Assembly: GCA_038227875.1 (NCBI GenBank)
Contig: JBBRPR010000092.1
Coordinates: forward strand, 1-24,548
Source of the DNA: Planctomycetota bacterium
Lineage (GTDB): Bacteria > Planctomycetota > SZUA-567 > H5-PLA8
DNA: 24,548 nucleotides
Reading direction: 5' to 3'
In this document: positions 9,333 through 18,111 of the stretch, piece after piece
How positions within the stretch are numbered: the first letter of the stretch is position 1
Layout of the letters: every line of letters starts with the position of its first letter
Made by a program: the position numbers and the translations under genes
The notes under the pieces: model-generated
Told to the model about the DNA's origin: nothing
The model's input: only the letters and a program-made list of their open reading frames with translations
The model's database searches: none

Positions 9333-9413
9333 GCGGGAATTCATCCTCGGGGCGGGCTGGGCGTAACTGTGGAGGAGGTCAGTCCGCTTCCAGCGCCCCG
9401 AGGCGATTCCCGC
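9333..9413 (-). other. Long imperfect RNA hairpin with ACCUCCUCCA loop, directly after the decoration gene stop
   Basis: Nested pairings GCGGGAAT/ATTCCCGC, CCTCGGGGCG/CGCCCCGAGG, CTGG/CCAG, GCG/CGC and GACTG/CAGTT. Confidence 0.75.
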
Positions 9414-9415
9414 GA

Positions 9416-10270
9416 TCAGTTGGTTTCGACCGTCATGGCGTAACAGAGAATGTCGTTCGCGGCCGTGCCCGATTGACCGCTTACCTTAATAGTAATGGCT
9501 CCCGTCTCGGTTTCTGCACCCGCTGCCGAGTAGTCCGTGATGTTGACGGTATCGTGTACCATCTTACCAAGCACCTGCTGCGTACTTGCGCCGGTGCGGA
9601 TCACGGTCAGTTCGGCGTGCCAGTTTTTGTTCGAATCGGTCAGTACCCCGGAGGTAATGACCTCCGAACCGAAGTAGAGCTTGATCGTCTTGTTATTTCC
9701 GGTTGTCGCGCAATGGCCCCACGCATGGATTTTCAGCACCTGGTTGGCGGAAGTGAGCGTGTTGGCGGGCAGTGCATACGTGAAAAGCACGTCTTCGCTG
9801 GTATCCGTGTTCGCCGCGCCGGTCGCGCTGGACTGTGCGCTGAGCACGCCATTGGATTTCCCGGTAAGCACGACGTCGCAGATATCCCCGTCGCTGGTCG
9901 TAGCGTTGAGCGCGATGCCCAGGCGTCGAGTAGCGGCAGTTGCAGTGATCTTGCCGACGGTATCGGGATAGACGTTCGCGCCCGCCGTGATCGCGCCGCT
10001 GGCCGTCAGGGAAAATACAGGCCGAAAGAGCAGCACGGTTACGCCGCCGCCGGATGCCGTGGTTTGCAGCGCACGCCCAATCGCTTCGTCGGCAGTGCTC
10101 GCCTGGGCTACCGAGTTCGCGCCGGAAACCTTGACCAGATTATTTGCCGTGATGGCACCGGACGCGGTGAAGCTCCGGCTATTTTCGGCGTCGCCAGCGA
10201 AGAGCGACGGAATAAAAACGAGCATGGCAGCGAGCAGTAGGCTCGCCAGAATGTTGTTTCGAGTCTTCAT
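9416..10270 (-). CDS. Capsid decoration/cement protein (DUF2190-like) with N-terminal signal peptide and C-terminal beta-sandwich domain
   Basis: Directly after the MCP; SFTASGAITANNLVKV...AIGRAL...LTASGAITAGANVY...LGIALNA...DGDICDVVL pattern; GGGAGG RBS. Confidence 0.8.
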   Translation of the reverse strand: MKTRNNILASLLLAAMLVFIPSLFAGDAENSRSFTASGAITANNLVKVSGANSVAQASTADEAIGRALQTTASGGGVTVLLFRPVFSLTASGAITAGANVYPDTVGKITATAATRRLGIALNATTSDGDICDVVLTGKSNGVLSAQSSATGAANTDTSEDVLFTYALPANTLTSANQVLKIHAWGHCATTGNNKTIKLYFGSEVITSGVLTDSNKNWHAELTVIRTGASTQQVLGKMVHDTVNITDYSAAGAETETGAITIKVSGQSGTAANDILCYAMTVETN

Positions 10271-10301
10271 TGGTACAACCTCCCGAGTGATTTTGGTTTT
10301 T

Positions 10302-10331
10302 AAAAAGCGAGGGGCGGCAATCGCCCCTCGC
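10302..10331 (-). terminator. Rho-independent terminator after the major capsid gene
   Basis: 10-bp perfect stem GCGAGGGGCG/CGCCCCTCGC with a 5-nt loop, followed by TTTTT on the minus strand. Confidence 0.85.
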
Positions 10332-10360
10332 GCGGATTCCAGTTTTGAACTATCAGAGAC

Positions 10361-11803
10361 TTAGGCAGCCAGCTGCGCGAACGCGCGGAGCTCAACCGGC
10401 TTGCCGCCGACCTGAATGAACATCACGTAGACCATCACGTTCTGTTCGATCTTTCGTTCGGCGCTGCGGGCCATGATGATTTCCTGCTCGACCGGCGCGA
10501 CGTACGACGCGAAGTTTCCGAACAGCACGTCACCCTGAACGCCCAGAGCCGGGAGACGCTGCGTCGGCACCACGGGGTAACCGAGGATCGTGCCGAGGTT
10601 CGCGCCCTGACCTGCACCGGAAGTCAGCGGCACAAACAGCGGGCGATTCTGGGTGTCCTTCTGGAGCTTCACGTCCTGCAGCGCCTTGTCCTGGATCGCA
10701 AACACCGCACCCGGCCGCAACTGCGGAGCGAGAGCGTGCTCCAGATTGACGAAGTCGTCGTACTTGACGTGCGCGCTCGTCGTGCGCGCAACCGTGTTCG
10801 CGAAGCCGATGATGCCGGTCGGCCGCGTGGTTCCGTTGCCGTTGATCACGGCGCGGTCGATCTTTCCCATCAGCGAGCGGCGGAACAAATTGTCGATCAG
10901 CGATTCGATGGGAATCGTCGAACGGTTGACCAGCTGGCGGGAGAGTTCGGTGCGCGTACCGAGTTCGAACGTCGGGATGGACTGCTGTTTGAACTTCGCT
11001 TCGGTGCCGTTGATTTCCGCACCTTCGGCGGTCCAGTACGACGCCGCGTAACCATCTTCGGCGAATTCATCTGCCGAATCTTCCGCACCCGGAGCCGCCT
11101 GCACCAATTGCGGCCAGAGGATCGTGCCGTAGCTGCACGGAACTTTGTAGCAGAGCGGCCAGAGCGCGGGCGCTTCGGACGGATACTGCAGGAGGTTCTT
11201 CATGAAGTCGGCCTGGAACAAATTGGCCTCTCCCGCCGATCCGCCAGACGACATCGGCAGCGCCTTGCCCGCGTAACCCGCGCGCGAACCGCCGTTCAGG
11301 AAGGATGAGTAGTCGGACTTTCCGCCGAAGAAAGCTTCGGGCAGAATCTGCATTGCGACGATCTTGGGAACCGCGACGGCACCTTCGATATTGCCTTCGC
11401 TTTCCATCTTCCAAGAGCCCTTCGGCGCGAGCAGATCGCGGGCGTTGCCGCCGAAGCTATCCAAGGTCTTACCCTTGAAGTAGTCGCTGAAAATAATGTA
11501 GTGATCTCGCGCTTCGTTGTCGTGATTGCGCGCCTGCGCGGGCGTCTTGGTGGCGAGCGTCCTTCCCTGCACCGTAACGAGATCGTCGATGCCGGAGAGT
11601 TGCTTGCGCCGGTTGGCGTGTTTCTTAGCCTCGTCCAAATCGGCGTTCAGCTTGTCGTACTCGGCGACCTTGCCGCGATATTCGGCGAGCGCATCGGTCT
11701 TGCCTTTTTCGTCGGTGGCCTTCTCGATCTTTTCCGACGCCGTTTCCATTTCGACTAACAGACCCTCCATCTTGCCCTTCAAGAGTTTGAGGTCGAGCTG
11801 CAT
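10361..11803 (-). CDS. Major capsid protein, HK97 family (480 aa, with coiled-coil delta/scaffold domain)
   Basis: Start reassigned to ATG 11803 (GGAG RBS; MQLDLKLLK...); WTAEGAEI, DRAVINGNGTTRPTGII, KDTQNRPLF, TILGYPVV and VLFGNF motifs. Confidence 0.95.
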   Translation of the reverse strand: MQLDLKLLKGKMEGLLVEMETASEKIEKATDEKGKTDALAEYRGKVAEYDKLNADLDEAKKHANRRKQLSGIDDLVTVQGRTLATKTPAQARNHDNEARDHYIIFSDYFKGKTLDSFGGNARDLLAPKGSWKMESEGNIEGAVAVPKIVAMQILPEAFFGGKSDYSSFLNGGSRAGYAGKALPMSSGGSAGEANLFQADFMKNLLQYPSEAPALWPLCYKVPCSYGTILWPQLVQAAPGAEDSADEFAEDGYAASYWTAEGAEINGTEAKFKQQSIPTFELGTRTELSRQLVNRSTIPIESLIDNLFRRSLMGKIDRAVINGNGTTRPTGIIGFANTVARTTSAHVKYDDFVNLEHALAPQLRPGAVFAIQDKALQDVKLQKDTQNRPLFVPLTSGAGQGANLGTILGYPVVPTQRLPALGVQGDVLFGNFASYVAPVEQEIIMARSAERKIEQNVMVYVMFIQVGGKPVELRAFAQLAA

Positions 11804-11834
11804 GGTTGAGTTCTCCAAAATTGGTTTCGAAAAT

Positions 11835-12563
11835 TTAGGCGTCGAGCAGAGAAATTTCTGCGCGGCGCAAAGCAATCTCCCGCTGAATGAGAGGCAATGC
11901 GGACGGCTGCAATGCGGGCGCGGCGGGCGTCTCAGTCTTTCCTGCGACGATGCCTGCGGCTTCGCTTTTGCCGGTGCTTTGCGCGGACTGTGCGGAGTCG
12001 ATTGTTGGTGAGTCTTCGGTCTTTGCGGCGAGTATGGCTGCCTGCGGATTGGCGGGGCGTACCGTGACGGTGACCTCGCAGAGCTCGCATTCCTGATGAA
12101 CAAGGACGTTGTCCGGCCCTTTCGGCATCGCCGAATTGGAGTAATCCCAGCGGACCGGTTTATATCCAACGCTCAAAAGGTTGACGTGCCCTTCGATCAC
12201 GAGCGTCCGGATTTCCTGCGCCAGTTCAACGCTGGAAAGTTCGGCATGAATCCAGAGACCAAAATCGTCTTCCTTGGCCTCTGTGATCGTACCGATACAG
12301 TCGAGCGCATCGCCGCCGTTGCAGAAATGCCGGACCATCAACTTCACCACGCCACGCGGAACGTTGATGCCAATCGAGCGCGTGAAACATCCACGCGTCA
12401 TGATTTCACCTTGCCCGTCGACGTTATTCCACACCGCCGCGTAGCCTTCGATCCAACCGCTCTTTCCACTGGCCGCGTCGTCAGTCTTGGCGCGGAGCCT
12501 GGATTCGGTGGGATGCATTACGCGGCGTGCGTGCCGGTCGACGCCGTTCCGTATTGGAGCCAT
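11835..12563 (-). CDS. Prohead maturation protease, HK97 family
   Basis: IEGYAAVWNNVD, EDDFGLWIHAEL, LSVGY and LCEVTVTVRPANPQA motifs; AGGAGG RBS. Confidence 0.95.
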   Translation of the reverse strand: MAPIRNGVDRHARRVMHPTESRLRAKTDDAASGKSGWIEGYAAVWNNVDGQGEIMTRGCFTRSIGINVPRGVVKLMVRHFCNGGDALDCIGTITEAKEDDFGLWIHAELSSVELAQEIRTLVIEGHVNLLSVGYKPVRWDYSNSAMPKGPDNVLVHQECELCEVTVTVRPANPQAAILAAKTEDSPTIDSAQSAQSTGKSEAAGIVAGKTETPAAPALQPSALPLIQREIALRRAEISLLDA

Positions 12564-12606
12564 ACAATGCCTCCTGACCGCTCACCTTGGGTCTTGATTC
12601 AATTAA

Positions 12607-12616
12607 ATAGATACGC
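12607..12616 (-). promoter_or_regulatory. GCGTATCTAT motif copy 2 (putative late promoter element)
   Basis: Exact 10-mer in the gap upstream of the protease and capsid genes. Confidence 0.7.
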
Positions 12617-12628
12617 AGCCAACGCCGA

Positions 12629-13465
12629 TCAGGCGCTTTCCTCGAAGATCGGCACGATGGTGCAGCGGCAATTGGGGTGCAGCGGCGGATGCAGGACGTC
12701 GAAGCCCTTCGCGCCGGCCGGGATCTTCAAATTGATTTCGTCGATGGAAAGTTTGTCGCCAGAGCTAAAGAACGGCTCGCCGGTCTCGATACGCTTGCCG
12801 TTCATTTCAGCGCAGAACGGGCAGCGCACGTCATCGTCTGCCGTGAGCCATTCGACGATGGTCACGCCGGCATCTTCATAACGCTGCAGCGCGCCTTCGT
12901 TGTAGCTCCAGATCGCGCCGGTGTGCGCGAGCATACTGGCACGCGCTTCGATCTGCGTCAGGCCCGCCTGGAGAATCTCCTTCGCAATGTCGCGCGGCGA
13001 CTGGCCATCTTCAGCGGCTGCTTTGAAAATGTTCTCCAGCCGTGTCGCGCTGGTTTGCGCGCCGCCCTCTGCCGTGGTCTTGATCCAACGATCAATGCGC
13101 GAGACGTCGGCCTTCGTGAAAAAGTTTTTGGCGTCGGCGACCGTCAACGAAGATTTCCCGCGGTACTGAGCATCGTCGGCATTTTTGCCGCGCGTGGCGT
13201 GGCCGACTTCCTGTTCGGCGAGTTCCCAGCCGTGCTTGACCATACCCTTGATCATCGAATTCTGAACGCGCGTGAAATCCTGCGACCAGTGTTTCTTCAT
13301 CGCGGCAGAAACAACGCGTGACGACGAATGCGCGTACTCGCGGACCTGTCGCTGCAGCGCGCCAAGAAACATCGAGCGCAGGCGCGCGTAGTTCTTGTCG
13401 GCGTAAGCCGCGCGCATCAATGCCGCCCGGACGCGGCGCGCTTTTATTTTCTCAGCGACAGACAT
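12629..13465 (-). CDS. Head morphogenesis protein (SPP1 gp7 / Mu gpF-like)
   Basis: EWLTADDDVRCPFCAEMNG and HPPLHPNCRCTIVP motifs. Confidence 0.93.
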   Translation of the reverse strand: MSVAEKIKARRVRAALMRAAYADKNYARLRSMFLGALQRQVREYAHSSSRVVSAAMKKHWSQDFTRVQNSMIKGMVKHGWELAEQEVGHATRGKNADDAQYRGKSSLTVADAKNFFTKADVSRIDRWIKTTAEGGAQTSATRLENIFKAAAEDGQSPRDIAKEILQAGLTQIEARASMLAHTGAIWSYNEGALQRYEDAGVTIVEWLTADDDVRCPFCAEMNGKRIETGEPFFSSGDKLSIDEINLKIPAGAKGFDVLHPPLHPNCRCTIVPIFEESA

Positions 13466-13468
13466 GGT

Positions 13469-14941
13469 TTATTGCTTCGCGTTGTCGGCCAGTTTTTTGA
13501 GCTGCTCTTCCGTCGCAATTTTTGTATTGCCAACCTTTTGAGGATCGTCGAGCTTCGGCTGATCTGGCTGCCCATCGTCTTTCGGCGGTTCGTCTTGAGC
13601 GTCGAGCGACGACGTATAGCCCATCGGCAGAAGAAATTGCGTACCGTCCGCCCCATCGATCGGTTTCAGTCCGGCGATCTCGCGCGCTTCGTTCTTGCTG
13701 GCGAGATTGTTCGTGTAGAGCTTCACCGCGCGTTCGATTTGTTTATCTTCGTCGTCGCGCAAACCGCGCACGTCGCTGGTGTCGTGATAGATCTTCAGTC
13801 GCGTATCGCCTTCGTCGCGCAACAATCCGCGCGTGAGACCGCCGTCCAGCATCTTCCAGCGACCAGCCATGGAGTGATAAAACGCCTTCATCGCGGCTTC
13901 GTAGTTTGAGTACGTACCGTTCTCCAAGCCACTACGCAACCCGACGATGATGGGCGGCACATCGAACGCGGAGCAGATGCGCGTTTCGGAAAGATTGGCG
14001 ACGCCGGGCCAGTCCAAATCTTTAAGTGGCGCCTGCGTCTCAATCGTCGCGCCTTCGCCGTCGAGAAACAGCGGCCGTCCGCGACGGCCCTTGCCAAGCC
14101 CGTCCAAAATAACAGCGCGGACTTCGTCCTTTTGATCCGGAGACCAGCCCTCTGGTTGCTTTAAAATCATTCCGGGAGTGCGTGCGTTGGCGAGCATTTC
14201 CACGATGTAATCCTGCCGCTCGGTGTCGGTATGGACCTCGCGGATCGCGGCCTGCAGCGGGCCGAGCCCAAGCGTGGGATTCGACGGGTCCACGTGGATC
14301 TGCCGGATCATGTCCTCGCGCAGGACGGGAAGCCAATCCTTGTTTGCGCCCTGGTACACGAGAAAGTGCGATAGCTTTCCGTTCGGATCGCGAGCTTCCC
14401 TCACCATCGACGTGGGCATCGGCCAGAGCTCGCCGATCTGGCCCACGCCGTTGCGCCACTTCCAGGCGTACGTGCGGCCGGTCAATTCGAGGTGCGAGAT
14501 GTAGTGCGTCAGAAATTCGCCGTAGGACATTTCGGGGTTGGGATCGGCGAGCAGTGAATTGAGATAATGGTTTTCCTGATCGACCCAGCCCTTCGGCGTG
14601 TCGCGCCCGATCCGCAGCGGCGCTTCCTGCGCCGTATTGCAGATTTTCCGAACGCATGAATAGACAATGATCGCTTTGCGATAAATGCTTTCCAACTCAG
14701 TCGAGTTTGCCTTGCCGAAAATTTCGTCGGCTCCGATCCACTGCGGATTGCCGTCGAGAATATCCCAGCCGCCGCTGGTACGGGGATCGTCGGCGAGAGA
14801 CTTGCCGCGCAGCGTGGCGGCGCGAAAGAGATCGAATGTGCGGTCGCTGCCGCCGACGAAAATCCGGGTCTTGCCTTCGACGCGGCGAAACTCAATGCTC
14901 GATGCATTTGGATTGAAAAACCGTTTCACTGTTTCGAACAT
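13469..14941 (-). CDS. Portal protein, HK97 family
   Basis: VYSCVRKI, LLADPNPEMS, LELTGRTY, ELWPM and ICSAFDVPPIIVG...TYSNYE motifs. Confidence 0.95.
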   Translation of the reverse strand: MFETVKRFFNPNASSIEFRRVEGKTRIFVGGSDRTFDLFRAATLRGKSLADDPRTSGGWDILDGNPQWIGADEIFGKANSTELESIYRKAIIVYSCVRKICNTAQEAPLRIGRDTPKGWVDQENHYLNSLLADPNPEMSYGEFLTHYISHLELTGRTYAWKWRNGVGQIGELWPMPTSMVREARDPNGKLSHFLVYQGANKDWLPVLREDMIRQIHVDPSNPTLGLGPLQAAIREVHTDTERQDYIVEMLANARTPGMILKQPEGWSPDQKDEVRAVILDGLGKGRRGRPLFLDGEGATIETQAPLKDLDWPGVANLSETRICSAFDVPPIIVGLRSGLENGTYSNYEAAMKAFYHSMAGRWKMLDGGLTRGLLRDEGDTRLKIYHDTSDVRGLRDDEDKQIERAVKLYTNNLASKNEAREIAGLKPIDGADGTQFLLPMGYTSSLDAQDEPPKDDGQPDQPKLDDPQKVGNTKIATEEQLKKLADNAKQ

Positions 14942-14950
14942 TGAACCTCC

Positions 14951-16426
14951 TTAGCGCGAGAGACCCATGCGGCGACCCGCGCTGTTGAGCTCTTCGGCAC
15001 CGATCACGAAACTGTCGACCTGGTCATCGTGCTTGCCTCGCGGAAAAGCCGAGACCTCGGCAAGCCACGCATCGTTCCACGCGCCGCGAACGAGAAAGAC
15101 ATTCTTGTTTTCGAACGCCGGCTCGACCAGCGAGGCGCGCGCGACCTTGTCGAGTTGAGGTGTGGAATTGCGGACGATGTACTTTCCGCGCAGGCGGTCT
15201 CGGATTCGAATGTACGTATCTTTGTAACCGGCGACGGTTTCTATTTTGACGGTGCAGCGCGGACCATCAGCGACCGCAGCCGCCTCGATTTGTTTGTCGC
15301 GTTCGGTCGCCGTCCACTGTCCGCGAATCACGTCGACGACGAAATAATTCATCCCGTCGTATGCGACCTTTGTTCCAACCGTGTAGTCGGGATCGTCCTT
15401 CACGCGCTCTTTTTCAGAGCTCGCTAAATCCCACGAGCGCACGTACCGCAGTTTGCGCGCGACAACCTTCGGATCGGACTCCTCGCCAACAAGGACAGTC
15501 ATCGTTTCCGGAATAGCGTCGATGATCTCAGCCAAATCACTGCGCAGGAATTGTCCAGTGCGCGGTTGTGGATTGCCCTGGTACAGCGACTGCCATGCAT
15601 ACGGGCCAACGATGGCTTTCTGTCCGCGATAATACTTGGCGTCGAAGCGCTCCGGGAAAAGAAACGTCCCGTCTTCGGCTTCGGCGGGGAAGTTGATGTG
15701 CTTGAACCGGGGAAACTCCGGATCCTTTTCCATCGCCTCAAAGATTCGGCCCACGAGGTCATCAGGATGCCATCGCGTGGCGACCACGATAACAGCGTGG
15801 CCTGGAGCGCCGCGCGTGATGATATCGCTACGAAAACTATCCCACGTGCTCTGGCGAATCGTTTCGCTTTCGGCCTCCGCGCGATTTTTGCAGTAGTCAT
15901 CAATGACGATGATGCTGCCGCCGCGCCCGGTCATTGCGCCGCCGATGCCGACGGCGACCATACCGCCACGATGGCCTTCGATCCTCCACGCGCCGATCTG
16001 GTTTCGGTCATCGCTCAGGCGCAGGCCGAATTTGCCTCCGGCTTCCGCAAAGCACTTGCGAACGTCATGCGCCAGATCGTGGGAGAGGTCCGCGCCGTAT
16101 GTCACCAAAATAACTTCATGGTCCGGATTGCGCGACATGTGCCAGGCGGGATAGCGGCGTGAACAAATGTCCGACTTGCCGTGGCGCGGCGGCATCGTGA
16201 CGATGATGTAATGGCGACCGCCCGCCTCCACGATTTCAGAGGCGTGCTGGAGCTCCGCGATCAATGCTTTGGTGTGTTTGCCAAACAGATAGTCGAGCGA
16301 TGGCGGATAGGTCCGAAAGAATTTATCAAAGCTGAGCGTACAGCGCTTGCCCTTCTCGGCATCGGCTGTCGCACGGTCGAACGTCTCGATCAGCGGATCG
16401 GATTTGGGTTTTGGTTTGCGCGCCAT
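14951..16426 (-). CDS. terL: Terminase large subunit
   Basis: Walker A MPPRHGKS, Walker B IIVIDD, TRWHPDDL, nuclease motifs SWDLA and HDDQVDS. Confidence 0.96.
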   Translation of the reverse strand: MARKPKPKSDPLIETFDRATADAEKGKRCTLSFDKFFRTYPPSLDYLFGKHTKALIAELQHASEIVEAGGRHYIIVTMPPRHGKSDICSRRYPAWHMSRNPDHEVILVTYGADLSHDLAHDVRKCFAEAGGKFGLRLSDDRNQIGAWRIEGHRGGMVAVGIGGAMTGRGGSIIVIDDYCKNRAEAESETIRQSTWDSFRSDIITRGAPGHAVIVVATRWHPDDLVGRIFEAMEKDPEFPRFKHINFPAEAEDGTFLFPERFDAKYYRGQKAIVGPYAWQSLYQGNPQPRTGQFLRSDLAEIIDAIPETMTVLVGEESDPKVVARKLRYVRSWDLASSEKERVKDDPDYTVGTKVAYDGMNYFVVDVIRGQWTATERDKQIEAAAVADGPRCTVKIETVAGYKDTYIRIRDRLRGKYIVRNSTPQLDKVARASLVEPAFENKNVFLVRGAWNDAWLAEVSAFPRGKHDDQVDSFVIGAEELNSAGRRMGLSR

Positions 16427-16429
16427 AAA

Positions 16430-17032
16430 TCAGCTTGCCGCTGCAACCGGCTCCAAGTCATTGGAAAGGGTCTCGTTTTCGCGGATGTAGCGCTCGCGTA
16501 CGCGCGCGCGCAAAACCTTCGCCTTCTCAGGCCCGAACAGCGCGAGCGTCTCTTCAACAAAGATCGTGATGAGTAGGGAAGCCTGCCTCGAATCGGCAAC
16601 CGCCGGGATGGTTTGAGAGCGGATCTTCTCTACGATTTTCGCCACGGCCTCGAAGGCGCGCACTGCAGAGCCCAAGTCCTTGTCGGGATTCTTGCGATGC
16701 TCTTCAAGCACCTGCTCGAAATGCTTGCTGCATTCGGCAAGCAGACGGTCGTAAGACCGCAGCTGGCCAGTCAACGTGCCTTCCTGCTGAGCCATCGAGC
16801 GCGCGCGTTCGGCGTCGAGAATCGCCTGCATCTGTTGCGTGCGCACTTGCTCGGTGAGCTCCGCTACCAGTTCGGTGAATTTTGTTTTTTGAAGCAAGCG
16901 GCGCAGCGTCGATTCGGCGATGCCGCGAAAAGATTCGTACTCCGACTGCAACGCCTTGACCGCCGCCGAGATATTCATCCCGGAGCGCGCCAGCTGGTAA
17001 GCAATAACGCGGACGTCGCTCTCGGTGTACAA
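16430..17032 (-). CDS. Probable terminase small subunit
   Basis: 200 aa; N-terminal HTH-like segment (NISAAVKAL...IAESTLRRLL), helical remainder; directly upstream of TerL; TTG start with AAGGAG RBS. Confidence 0.65.
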   Translation of the reverse strand: MYTESDVRVIAYQLARSGMNISAAVKALQSEYESFRGIAESTLRRLLQKTKFTELVAELTEQVRTQQMQAILDAERARSMAQQEGTLTGQLRSYDRLLAECSKHFEQVLEEHRKNPDKDLGSAVRAFEAVAKIVEKIRSQTIPAVADSRQASLLITIFVEETLALFGPEKAKVLRARVRERYIRENETLSNDLEPVAAAS

Positions 17033-17041
17033 TCTTGCTCC

Positions 17042-17515
17042 TTAGTGCATGAGGCCGTGAACTGCGGCAGTGACTCCGCCGCCGAGCGCCGCGCCTGCCG
17101 CAACAAGTCCACTCAGCTTGGCTAGACCAATTCCAGTTTCCTTTTCTTCCTGAGAGAGATCCTTGACGTCGGCTTCGATTTTCTGGAAGCGACGCTCCCC
17201 CTCGGCGAGGCGCTGACTCACTGCGGACAACTCCCGACCGTGCTCCTGCAGTGTTTCGTTTTGCCGTTCAATGTCATCTTTCACTTCGTGAATTTCTTCT
17301 TTGAGCTCCTTGCGCGACGCCTCCACCTGACGCGAGATGGTTTCCATTTTCGTGTCGATGTGGCGCTGGAGTTCGAGGGAGCTCTGAGCGACGTCGCGCT
17401 GAACCTTGGCGACGTCGCGCTGAACGGCGATGGAAAATTGGGTGGTAAGCTCTCGAATGAATTCCTGATCGTGCAGGGAGAGCTTCGACTTTTCCTGCGG
17501 ATCAGAGTCAGGCAT
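17042..17515 (-). CDS. Coiled-coil protein with C-terminal hydrophobic helix (holin/lysis-associated-like)
   Basis: Start reassigned to ATG 17515 (MPDSDPQEK); long heptad region; C-terminal LSGLVAAGAALGGGVTAAV. Confidence 0.6.
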   Translation of the reverse strand: MPDSDPQEKSKLSLHDQEFIRELTTQFSIAVQRDVAKVQRDVAQSSLELQRHIDTKMETISRQVEASRKELKEEIHEVKDDIERQNETLQEHGRELSAVSQRLAEGERRFQKIEADVKDLSQEEKETGIGLAKLSGLVAAGAALGGGVTAAVHGLMH

Positions 17516-17558
17516 GATGCGCACCCTCGGGATTTTCGGGCTAGATAAGATACCATTT

Positions 17559-17568
17559 ATAGATACGC
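17559..17568 (-). promoter_or_regulatory. GCGTATCTAT motif copy 1 (putative late promoter element)
   Basis: Exact 10-mer in the AT-rich gap at the boundary between the early/middle and late gene blocks. Confidence 0.7.
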
Positions 17569-17582
17569 CGGGTTTTATGGGA

Positions 17583-18111
17583 CTATGAACTTGCATCAGA
17601 ATAACAAGATGCCAACCACGATGAAAGCCCGAGGGGAATCTCCGCGCGCGCGGCGCGCTGCTTTGACGAAAATGATTCCTTCGGCCGGTATTGAACCGTA
17701 GGTAATAAGCCGGGAACGCCATCGCCCCAAAGATAGAACGGACCAAATTTCATCGTCGGGTTTCCCAGCCAGCGCCGCGCACCGCGAACGTTCTCCATAA
17801 CAAGCGGCGCTTTCAACTTCGCTGCAATCCAGCGACAGCGTTCAATCAGTGCCAGCGATGGAGGCGGTGGATTTCTCGCTCGTGTCCACGGCATATCATG
17901 GCGCGAAAATTCATCGCAGGGTGGAGAGGCACAAACAATTTTTACCCCCCCTTATTACAGTGGGATCGTACTGTAGTAGATCACAAACAATGAGCTCGCC
18001 GGGATAGCCGAGATCGACAACGTCGACGCCGATGCAGCGGAAGCCGAGCGGCAGGAATCCCTTCGTCCAGCCGCCCTTTCCGCAGCACAAATCGAGCATA
18101 ACCGGGCGCAC
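17583..18111 (-). pseudogene. Compact C5-cytosine DNA methyltransferase-like gene split by a frameshift in a G7 tract
   Basis: Motif I LDLCCGKGG in ORF 17911..18111; removing one G from G7 (17945-17951) gives IRGVKIVCASPPCDEFS (motif IV) fused to ORF 17583..17894, which has motif VI MENV. Confidence 0.85.

Noticed and set aside
9191..10240. Long plus-strand ORFs (349 aa here; also 3609..4544, 7856..8623, 12096..12881)
   Set aside because: Antisense shadows of GC-rich minus-strand genes, with no recognisable motifs
11804..12169. 122-codon N-terminal extension of the MCP ORF, or a protease-capsid fusion
   Set aside because: It overlaps the protease gene, is Arg/Pro-rich shadow sequence and has no evident slippery site; ATG 11803 has a good RBS
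17516..17746. N-terminal extension of the 234-aa ORF 17042..17746
   Set aside because: It overlaps the methyltransferase gene and the promoter-like gap; ATG 17515 is the more plausible start
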